From a virus (lineage: Duplodnaviria; Caudoviricetes), in the IMG/VR virus record IMGVR_UViG_3300044259_000036, positions 1-64,000 of that record: 64,000 bases of DNA; one strand, 5' to 3'. A program made the translations under genes and the position numbers. The notes under the pieces were generated by a model. That model worked only from the letters and a program-made list of their open reading frames with translations, was not told the DNA's origin and searched no databases. Below, one piece after another: positions 56,291-64,000 of this stretch (positions are counted from its first letter, which is position 1; each line of letters starts with the position of its first letter).

Positions 56291-57967
56291 TTAACCGAGC
56301 AGTTCGTACAGCAGGTCGTGCTTGTCCTTGATGGCTCGGTTGTTGCTCCACTCGTTCTCGAGTAGGGCCTTGAAGTTTTTGTCAGCCAGCGTCTTGAGTA
56401 CCCGCAGGAAGTACACGTTGACGATGTTGACCTGACCCTTGCGGTCAGCCCTGGCGATGGCCTGCTTGGCGGCCTTCGGTGAGGTGGGGGTCTCGTAGAA
56501 GATGATGTAGCCGGCGACCTGCAGGTTCAGCCCGGCGCCGCCGGAAACCCATTGGATCACGATCACGCTGCAGTCATCGTCGTGGAGGAAGCGATCCAGC
56601 TCGCCCTGGCGGTCACGGCTCTCGCCGTAGACGACCGCCACGTTCATGTGGGCGAATTGCTTGGCCAGCCCCTCGATCGCCTTCTTGTAGTAGGCGAAGA
56701 TGATCAGCTTACGGGTTGGCTGCGGGTTGATGGTCTCGACCAGCTCTCCGCAGGCCTTGGCCAGCTCGTTGTGCTCGTTGAACGACTGGTCGAACTCGCC
56801 CGGACAGCTGATGATCTGTAGGGCCAGGTGCCGCAGCGCGCTGACGTTGTCCGGTGCCAGCACCTGGTCGCCCAGGATAGCGAAGCGATCGTTGACCACC
56901 TCCCGGTACAGCCGCAGGTGCTTGCCGGACAGCCTCACCGGCAACTGGCTGATGATCGGCTCAGGCATGTTGATCACGTCGCGCTTCTGCACCCTATGGG
57001 CGTTCTTCCAGAGCGCATCGTAGATGCCCTGCACGTTTCGGTACTCGGCGATCTGCTTGACCTTCGCCGTCTTGCCGTTGGCCAGCGGTACCTTGAACGT
57101 CTTCTCGATGCAGTGCTGCCGGATGAAGGCAGCCTTGTTCATGAAGGCGCTAGGGTTGATCAGCCGGATCAGGCCGTAGGCGTTGTGCAGCTTGGTCGGG
57201 ATCGGTGTGCCGGTCATCACGTAGATGGCCATCTCGTCCTTCAGCTGCAGGGACATCTCGTAGACCGACTCGGACAGGATCGAGTCCAGGCCGCACAGCT
57301 GGTCACCCTCGTCGAAGAACAGGACGTTGTAGCCCTCCTCCTTCAGCTTCATCTTGCGGGTGTTCTCAGCGTATCCCTTGCGGTCGATACGCCTGCCATC
57401 CGACGTGTAGGGCTGCGCCCCGACGCTGAACGGCGTGCCGTCCTCCAGGAAGTACGGCGTGGCGTATTCCTGATCGGTGCCCACGGCGTTGGTATTGCGA
57501 ATTTTCCAGAGGTTATTGCCGATTTTCTTCTTGTTGTTCTTGTCGTTGTACATCCGGTAGATGCCGTAGGACATCACCAAGATGTCCGGCCAGCCCTCGG
57601 CTGCCCAACGGGTTTCACGCTTTTTCTTCTGCTCAGCCGAGCAGGCGATGTCCTCGATCTTCAAGTGACGGCTGACGCCCGGGAAGAAGGCCTCGAACTC
57701 GTCCATAAACTGGGGAATCAGCGCGGGCAGCGTCACGAAGACGACCTTGTTGCCCAGAGCAGCCATGGTGATGGCGTGGGTCTGTGCGGGGTAGGTCTTG
57801 CCAGCGCCGGGTTCGGAGAAGTCGCCGTACCGCATGTGGCGGGGGTACTTCTTGATCATGTCCATCTGATGGGGCATGGGCCAGTTCGGGAGTCCAACCT
57901 TCTCGAACCAGGCGGGGTGGTTCTTCACCCCGCATGCCAGCATCAGGTCGTGGAGACTCGATGCCAT
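56291..57967 (-). CDS. SF2 (SNF2-like) helicase
   Basis: EPGAGKT, FFDEGD, MTGTP, GAGLNLQ, QAIARADRKGQ. Confidence 0.88.
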   Translation of the reverse strand: MASSLHDLMLACGVKNHPAWFEKVGLPNWPMPHQMDMIKKYPRHMRYGDFSEPGAGKTYPAQTHAITMAALGNKVVFVTLPALIPQFMDEFEAFFPGVSRHLKIEDIACSAEQKKKRETRWAAEGWPDILVMSYGIYRMYNDKNNKKKIGNNLWKIRNTNAVGTDQEYATPYFLEDGTPFSVGAQPYTSDGRRIDRKGYAENTRKMKLKEEGYNVLFFDEGDQLCGLDSILSESVYEMSLQLKDEMAIYVMTGTPIPTKLHNAYGLIRLINPSAFMNKAAFIRQHCIEKTFKVPLANGKTAKVKQIAEYRNVQGIYDALWKNAHRVQKRDVINMPEPIISQLPVRLSGKHLRLYREVVNDRFAILGDQVLAPDNVSALRHLALQIISCPGEFDQSFNEHNELAKACGELVETINPQPTRKLIIFAYYKKAIEGLAKQFAHMNVAVVYGESRDRQGELDRFLHDDDCSVIVIQWVSGGAGLNLQVAGYIIFYETPTSPKAAKQAIARADRKGQVNIVNVYFLRVLKTLADKNFKALLENEWSNNRAIKDKHDLLYELLG

Positions 57968-57972
57968 GAGGA

Positions 57973-58194
57973 CTACCTCTTGTAGAACTGGCTCTTGTTG
58001 CGCTTTTCAAAGTCGTCGCGACAGTCCGCGTCACAGAAACGCGACTTTTCTTTGAAGGGTTCGCCACAGTTGTGGCAGGAATCGGCGAGGGGAATAGGCT
58101 TCTCTCCAGGCTTCCGTGCCTGGCGGATCTGCTCCTCGAGGAGACGATCCTGTTCCACCGTGGCCCGATCCAATGGGTCCGCGTAGTGTTCCAT
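57973..58194 (-). CDS. DksA/TraR-like C4 zinc-finger protein
   Basis: ADPLDRAT N-terminus, CHNC...FCDADC. Confidence 0.75.
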   Translation of the reverse strand: MEHYADPLDRATVEQDRLLEEQIRQARKPGEKPIPLADSCHNCGEPFKEKSRFCDADCRDDFEKRNKSQFYKR

Positions 58195-58197
58195 GAT

Positions 58198-61089
58198 TTA
58201 GGCTTCCAATGCTTCCGTTGAGTCGTTGAAGTTGTTCATAAGGGTGCCTTTGTCGGTCAACTTTCCTTGGTTGACCACGAAGACATCCACCTCACGATGC
58301 GGGTGTGGCTCCATGCGCTCGAAGTACACCTCACCTTCCAGCAGCGTTGCAAGCTGGTCGTAGTTGCGGATCGGCGCGATCTCGCCGACCGACTTGGTGT
58401 AGCCGAGGTAGCGGGGCATGCACGACTGCAGGACCAGGTACAGCTGGTCGCCTTGGCGCCAGTAGTGCAGCCCAGGCTCCAGGCGGTAGCGTTCCTCGAA
58501 GGTCGGGTCCGCCATGGTGTTCAGGGTGGTGAGCACCTTGTCCACTTCCGAGGCCGACTTGCCGCGCTCGCTGATCATGACCTGGCCACCCAGGTACTCG
58601 ACCAGTGCGTCGTTCAGACGCTGCACTTCCTCAACGCCGCCCACCTTGAATTCCTTCATGGTGTGCATGAGCATGTGCAGCCCGGTCAAGCAGGTCTGCA
58701 TGCCCCACTTGGGACGTTCAGCGAGCGCCTTGTGCACCAGGTCGGCCTTGCTGTCGAAGATCTCCAGCAGAGCCTTGGGCGAGGTGCCCATGGCCACTGT
58801 GACCATCGCCTTGGCCAGGCGCAGCAGCGACTGCCGCTTCGAGCTGGCGATCTTGAAGTTGGTCTTGTACGAGTCGTTGGTCAGCGTGCGGGCCTGCAGC
58901 CTGACCTCGACCGAGCGGCTGCGCAGGGATGGCATCGCTGCCAGCTGCTCGCTGGTGTACACCAACGGCGCCGAGACGCGGTCTTCGGTGACGCCGACGT
59001 CTCGGTCGGTAAGCCGGCCACGTTGGATCGGCGCGCTGTTCCAGGATGCCTTCAGCACGCCGGCGATCTTGGCGTACATCTGGGCGCCCAGCATTACCGG
59101 GTTCACTTCCTCGACCAGGCGCGGCACCGTGGTGCTGCTGCTGACGAACTTGACCAGCGGGTAGAACGTGCCGACCTCGACGTTCTGGAACTCCGCCCGG
59201 GTGTAGTCGATGCCGTTGATCATGGCGATCAGCATGGCCAGGCTGGTCTTGCCAGAGCCAGCGTTACCGGAAATGTTGCAGACCGGGAACTGGGGCTCCT
59301 CGAACTGGATGTGCTGCCGGTAGTGGCAGGCAGCGAACCAGCCGATCAGCATGGCCATCTGCACAGGCTCGTTACAGTGGCACAGGGCACGGATAGCCGT
59401 TTCCAGCTCGACGTCGTCGACGAACGGGTTGGACTGGCTCAGCAACGCCGGGGATTGCCGGGGGTTGCCGTTGAAACGGTAGGCGCTGCGGCCTCCCATC
59501 GAGTTGATCGAGGCATCCGATTCAACATAGTGAGGTACAGGGTGCTTACCGCTGCGGTCCAGAATCAGACCGCACACGTCTGCACGGATCATCTTGTCTA
59601 GCTCCTTGGATTCCGCCCTCTCTTTGGCGAAAAATACGATGGCCTGCAGCATCTTTTGGATTTCAGCGTCACTGGCAAACACGGCGCAGGCGGCGTGGCC
59701 CTTGACTGTGTTGATCAGGTCGCGGCGAGAACCCCAGGTGCGCTCCGGCATCTGCATGTCCTCGATGCGGGTACCGTTCTCGTCGAGCAGGGTGCCTCGC
59801 AGTTCGCGGCGCGGGCTCTCCTTCCAGGCCGGGCTGCCGTCCAGGGCGATCGACGGCATTAGCTCGAAGACCTCGGTGTTCGGGAAGAACACGAAGTTGG
59901 TCAGCTGACGGCTGCTGTTCTCACCGACCAGCCAGTAGCCGCGTTCGTCGAAGCGGATCTTCGAGTCGTGGTGGTAGTTGGTACCGGCCTCGGACTGGCT
60001 GGACTCACCCTTGGCGATATCCGGCCGGCAGATCGGACACTGGCGGCACGGGGTGCCAATCGCCGCGATGAAGGCGCCCGGGGCGAACTTGAACGAGCCA
60101 CGGAAGGTCCGGTTCAGCTGGTCCTTGACGTGCTTGTACCGCTCGTTCTCGTTGGCGCGACTGCTGCTCTGTACGTTCTTGGTGAACGGGCGCACCAGGT
60201 GCTCAAGGTAGAACTTCTCGTCTTCCTTGGTATAGGCCGCGGCGATGTAGGAAGCGAGCTGCATGGCAGCCTGGTTCCAGTTCGATTCGCCGCAATCGCC
60301 GTCTGTGATCAGTCGTTCCACGCAGCCAGGGATACCCTCCCACTCACGGAAGACCTCAGCCGGAACCGTGCAGGCTTCCTTCATGGCGCGGATCTTCTTG
60401 TTCGCAGCAGTGCGCGCGGCCTTGTACAACGCCTCACACTTCAGGAACGTCAGTTCCTTCGGTGGGTACGGGGTCGCAGCGGTCGGCCGTGCGGCGGCCA
60501 CGATCGCCAGGTACTCGTCGGCGTCCATGTGGGCCAACTCGTTCGGCGTGGTGGCGACCTTGAAGGTCCCGCTGCCCGGGCGCGGCATGCCCTCGCAACG
60601 CCACATGCGGCCCTTGCCGCAGGAATAGACGTTGTAGTCCAGGGTGCTCGGCGTGATCAGGCCGGCCGCAGCCTCTGCCGTCATCATGATCTCTTTGTAG
60701 ATCATCGGCAGCGCTTTGGTCGGACCTTTGACGCCAAAAACCTGGTACGGGACGGTGATGTGCACGCCCTTACCGCCAGACAGGTAGCAGTGGATGTACT
60801 GCTCCGGGATGTCCAGCTTGTTCATCAGGTAGTCGATGACAGCGTTGGCCTCGCCGATCACTCGGTCCAGGTCGTGCTTGTCGTCGAAATCGAAGTACAT
60901 CGGACCCACGTATTTCAGCGTGTCGATCAGGTCCAGTTCCTGCTCCATTACCTCGTCGGGGTTATGGCTGACCATCAGCACGGTCTGGAAGGTCGGCGGA
61001 CTCGGCAGGTCGCCTGCGGCGATTTGCTGTTCGGTGTACATCCGCCAGGTGTCGCTCTTGTCTGGGCGGAACTGCAGGAAATAGTTCAT
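58198..61089 (-). CDS. primase-helicase
   Basis: YFDFD and SGGKGVH (AEP-like); CRQCPIC; GNAGSGKT Walker A. Confidence 0.82.
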   Translation of the reverse strand: MNYFLQFRPDKSDTWRMYTEQQIAAGDLPSPPTFQTVLMVSHNPDEVMEQELDLIDTLKYVGPMYFDFDDKHDLDRVIGEANAVIDYLMNKLDIPEQYIHCYLSGGKGVHITVPYQVFGVKGPTKALPMIYKEIMMTAEAAAGLITPSTLDYNVYSCGKGRMWRCEGMPRPGSGTFKVATTPNELAHMDADEYLAIVAAARPTAATPYPPKELTFLKCEALYKAARTAANKKIRAMKEACTVPAEVFREWEGIPGCVERLITDGDCGESNWNQAAMQLASYIAAAYTKEDEKFYLEHLVRPFTKNVQSSSRANENERYKHVKDQLNRTFRGSFKFAPGAFIAAIGTPCRQCPICRPDIAKGESSQSEAGTNYHHDSKIRFDERGYWLVGENSSRQLTNFVFFPNTEVFELMPSIALDGSPAWKESPRRELRGTLLDENGTRIEDMQMPERTWGSRRDLINTVKGHAACAVFASDAEIQKMLQAIVFFAKERAESKELDKMIRADVCGLILDRSGKHPVPHYVESDASINSMGGRSAYRFNGNPRQSPALLSQSNPFVDDVELETAIRALCHCNEPVQMAMLIGWFAACHYRQHIQFEEPQFPVCNISGNAGSGKTSLAMLIAMINGIDYTRAEFQNVEVGTFYPLVKFVSSSTTVPRLVEEVNPVMLGAQMYAKIAGVLKASWNSAPIQRGRLTDRDVGVTEDRVSAPLVYTSEQLAAMPSLRSRSVEVRLQARTLTNDSYKTNFKIASSKRQSLLRLAKAMVTVAMGTSPKALLEIFDSKADLVHKALAERPKWGMQTCLTGLHMLMHTMKEFKVGGVEEVQRLNDALVEYLGGQVMISERGKSASEVDKVLTTLNTMADPTFEERYRLEPGLHYWRQGDQLYLVLQSCMPRYLGYTKSVGEIAPIRNYDQLATLLEGEVYFERMEPHPHREVDVFVVNQGKLTDKGTLMNNFNDSTEALEA

Positions 61090-61091
61090 GC

Positions 61092-61343
61092 TCAGTCCTT
61101 TGTCATGCGAACCTTGGAGATCCGTTTGACGTAGGTCTTACCGTCCTTGTTGAAGGCCTGGTAGTCCACCCCCTGAGTGATCCCACGCAGGTCCAGCGAG
61201 CGGCGGAACAGCGTGATGTTGTAGACCTTCTCCAGCTCTACCGCGTCCCCATCCTCGCAGCGGTTGTAGTAGTCGGCCAGCTTGCCGTAGTCGACCGTCT
61301 TTCGTTCCTTGGGGCCGGAGGCTTGGTCGGACACAATTTTCAT
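61092..61343 (-). CDS. small hypothetical, possibly DNA-binding protein
   Basis: 83 aa, AGGAG RBS. Confidence 0.65.
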   Translation of the reverse strand: MKIVSDQASGPKERKTVDYGKLADYYNRCEDGDAVELEKVYNITLFRRSLDLRGITQGVDYQAFNKDGKTYVKRISKVRMTKD

Positions 61344-61428
61344 AGCCTACTCCTGTTGGGTTGACGCACAGCGGGGCGCTGGTAAGCGCCCCGGTGCGTG
61401 TGATTTTGCGCACAGCATACACCGATGG

Positions 61429-62757
61429 CTACGCTGCGAACGCCGTCTTGTTGGTGATCAGCTCCTCGGCGCCGCGGCTGAACGCCACGTAAGCCAGTCG
61501 CTGTCGTTCGCTGCGCACAGGGTTGCCCAGGATGTCCTTGATGTCGACGATCGCCCGCTTGTACGTGCTGCCCTGGCTGCGATGCACAGTCAGGCAGTAG
61601 CAGTAGCGAATCTCGTTGAACATGCCCTTGAACTCATGGTACTGCCGCCACCAGTAGCCCTGCGCCTTGCCCTCGGCAGCCTGAGCTTTCTGAGCCAGCT
61701 CCTCCAGACGCCGCTCGTAACGAGGACGCTCGATCTCGTCCAGGACATGGGCGAAGGCCTGCTGCACGTCGGAATAGATCGGCTGCAGGGTCAACAGGAT
61801 CGTCTTGTACGACTCGTTGGTCTGCTTGTCGATCTTCTTGCCTTCCTTATGGGCAGAGACGATGCACTCCTCGTCGGTGTTGAGCAGGACGTCGCCGTAC
61901 AGGTCCTTGATCGTGCCGCCGGTGACGATGCGCTCGCCCACCTCGAAGCGCGCCGCGTCCTTGCCGTAGATCTTCCGACGGATCGCGTTGTTCAGGTCGT
62001 CGACGCGGCGGTTGCGCCATGCCAGCACTCGGGTGTGCTCCATGTCCGTGTCCTTGTCGAACAGGGACAGGACGTGCTGGAGGAACTGGGAGTCCTTTAG
62101 GGCCACCACGTTTTTATCCGGCACCACGGTGAAGCGGAACTCGCGGCGTTCCTTGATGGCTTCGCGCAGCGGGTGGGTGAGCTGCAGGATGCCGTTCGGC
62201 GAGCCGTCCGGGTTGTTCTGGTTGCGCTCGGGCTTGGTCAGCTCACTGCACGGGAAGATGCCGAAGGCCATCGACTTCTCTTCGCGCACCGGCGGCAGCT
62301 GCATGTCGTCACCCATCAGCAGGCAGAACAGGCCGTTGGCCTGCAGCTCAGGGATCAGGTAGTTGAACAGCATGAACTCGCTGAGCATCGACGCCTCGTC
62401 GAGCACCAGGAAGTCGTAGTCGCACAGAACGCTCTCGCGCACCGAGCGGGCCGCCTTGTTCTCCTTGTCCGGCAGGAGCGACAGGCCCATCGCGCTGTGG
62501 ATGGTCTTGAACGCCACGCGGGTGGTATCCAGCCCCGCCGCGCGAGCCGCACGGTAGAGCTGCTTGACCGCCTTGTTGGTCGGCGCCGTCACCAGTACCG
62601 AGTTACCCAGCTTGATGATGCGCCGGATGACCTCGATGCAGGTGTAGGTTTTCCCGGTACCGCCTTCCCCGATCAGGGTGTGGCCCAGGACCTTCTTCGC
62701 CTCAAATGCCGCGACGATGGCGGTTGCCGCCAGTTCTTGGCCGGTATTGAGTGCCAT
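61429..62757 (-). CDS. Dda/RecD-like SF1B helicase
   Basis: GEGGTGKT, LDEASM, GDDMQLPPV, TVHRSQGST, AYVAFSR. Confidence 0.92.
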   Translation of the reverse strand: MALNTGQELAATAIVAAFEAKKVLGHTLIGEGGTGKTYTCIEVIRRIIKLGNSVLVTAPTNKAVKQLYRAARAAGLDTTRVAFKTIHSAMGLSLLPDKENKAARSVRESVLCDYDFLVLDEASMLSEFMLFNYLIPELQANGLFCLLMGDDMQLPPVREEKSMAFGIFPCSELTKPERNQNNPDGSPNGILQLTHPLREAIKERREFRFTVVPDKNVVALKDSQFLQHVLSLFDKDTDMEHTRVLAWRNRRVDDLNNAIRRKIYGKDAARFEVGERIVTGGTIKDLYGDVLLNTDEECIVSAHKEGKKIDKQTNESYKTILLTLQPIYSDVQQAFAHVLDEIERPRYERRLEELAQKAQAAEGKAQGYWWRQYHEFKGMFNEIRYCYCLTVHRSQGSTYKRAIVDIKDILGNPVRSERQRLAYVAFSRGAEELITNKTAFAA

Positions 62758-62769
62758 GGGTATATCTCC

Positions 62770-62816
62770 TTATACCGTTATGCGCTTATGCTATTATGTG
62801 CTTATGTGCGCGTCAA
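62770..62816 (-). promoter_or_regulatory. sigma70 promoter overlaid by 8-bp repeats
   Basis: TTGACG-N17-TAGCAT on minus strand; TTATnnnn x5 on plus strand. Confidence 0.6.
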
Positions 62817-63133
62817 CGACTTTTTGCAAACATATTCACGATGTTATCCGCCAGAGGTTCTTCTGCGGGACGCTGTCGTGGTTCAGGGGCGACGTCGATG
62901 TACAGGACCAAGTCGCGGTTGGCCGTCTCGATGCCGGTCTCAGCGGCCGCCCTGAACCAGTGCACCATCAGCGCACGCAGGTGGAACATCTCGAACGAGC
63001 GGATGGCTTCGGGTGTCAGGTACAGGTGCAGGGCATCCATGAACACCTGGATGAACTGGCGCCTGTCTTCCACAGAACCGTGGTCACCTCGCTCGTTGCT
63101 GAGCTTCAACAGCTCGACCTTGATCTTGTCCAT
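62813..63133 (-). CDS. hypothetical protein
   Basis: likely start ATG 63133 (MDKIKV), coupled to the upstream stop. Confidence 0.6.
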   Translation of the reverse strand: MDKIKVELLKLSNERGDHGSVEDRRQFIQVFMDALHLYLTPEAIRSFEMFHLRALMVHWFRAAAETGIETANRDLVLYIDVAPEPRQRPAEEPLADNIVNMFAKSR

Positions 63134-63846
63134 CAGCGTGGACTCTCGAGGTAGGCCTTCAGGGTCTCGTACAGCCTGCTTGGCCGGCCCAGGCGGAAGT
63201 CGAAGCACAGCTGGGTCTGGTTCTGCTGGCTGAATACAGCCATCAGGGTCGCTTCATCCGGCACCTTCCATACACTGCCTGGCGTGTACATGTGCATGAA
63301 GTTCTTGGTCTTGGCCGCTCGCCGCTGCTCCGGCGTCACTTGGTCGTACTGGATGCCGTGGAACAACGCGGCGCTGATGGTGTGCAAGTCCAGTAGCTTG
63401 GACTGGATAGCCGGCCCGACCCGGGCGGCGTGCGCTGCAGCTCGTAGCTCCAGTGCCTCGAAGCTGCCGATGCCTGGTTGATCTTTAAACATGGTGCTCT
63501 CCTCATTGAGGTAGTGTTTGGCCCGCTCGCAAGCACGCCGGATACGGTTGGCGTCTCTCTCTGTGCCGTCCATGACGGCTCGGGAGATCGAAGCCCAGGA
63601 GGCCCCCGCCCTCCGTGCACGGGTGGCTGCCTGCAATAGGTCAACGGAATATGTGACTGTACGACCCTGCCGCCGCCGGACACGGCCATCACGGCCGTTC
63701 TTTATGCCCTTGTGGATCAGGTGGTGCACGGCACTCCTCAGTACCTGAGCTGGGTAGCCCAGGCCTTCGGCAATGTTCTGCCAGCTGCAGTTGTCCACCT
63801 TCATCTCGTAGGCCAGGACCAGCTCGGCGATCGTAGGTAGCGTCAC
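63133..63846 (-). CDS. tandem HTH-like protein fused to a degenerate PolA-like fragment
   Basis: SWQNIAEGLG and ASWASISRAV; DLHTISAALF...VTPEQRRAAKTKNF. Confidence 0.6.
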   Translation of the reverse strand: MTLPTIAELVLAYEMKVDNCSWQNIAEGLGYPAQVLRSAVHHLIHKGIKNGRDGRVRRRQGRTVTYSVDLLQAATRARRAGASWASISRAVMDGTERDANRIRRACERAKHYLNEESTMFKDQPGIGSFEALELRAAAHAARVGPAIQSKLLDLHTISAALFHGIQYDQVTPEQRRAAKTKNFMHMYTPGSVWKVPDEATLMAVFSQQNQTQLCFDFRLGRPSRLYETLKAYLESPR

Positions 63847-64000
63847 GAACCTTTCATCCCCTTGCGGATCATCACCATTTCCTCGGGGTACGAGCTGGCC
63901 GCACAGTAGGTGGCAACCCCGTCCTTATTGAACGTCAGGCGGTCAGCCCATCCGTAGCAAGGCATGAGGCTTAGCGAGCGGCCCAGCCAGCGGCCACAAG

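Noticed and set aside
1-64000. Prophage or lysogeny module
   Set aside because: No integrase, CI/Cro pair, att site or host genes recognisable in the window.

Overview
This window is most of a GC-rich, apparently lytic siphovirus genome; no integrase, tRNA or CRISPR array was seen. A Pseudomonas-like host is inferred from composition only. The + strand (3.2-39.8 kb) carries HU, a GpA-type terminase, portal, S49 protease/scaffold, capsid, neck and tail genes, a tape measure, lambda-like M/L/K/I tail-tip genes, a 3992-aa J-like fibre and a lysis cassette. The - strand (39.8-64 kb) carries the replication and nucleotide module: SbcCD, ligase, resolvase, dNMP kinase, exonuclease, full-length PolA, ThyX, TerB, MazG, SF2 helicase, primase-helicase and a Dda-like helicase. 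The two arms diverge from a lower-GC region at about 0.9-3.1 kb. The most notable unexplained signals are: (1) a roughly 700-bp non-coding, CTAG-rich segment with nested inverted repeats behind a sigma70-like promoter and an rrn-type boxA, a candidate large structured RNA or terminal/injection element; (2) a 24-bp palindromic operator at 7 sites; (3) dispersed 8-bp-period nnTRCGYA arrays; (4) a ten-module repeat tail fibre whose usual partner genes lie 15 kb away; (5) a degenerate PolA fragment fused to tandem HTH-like domains. All calls come from reading motifs by eye; no searches were run.
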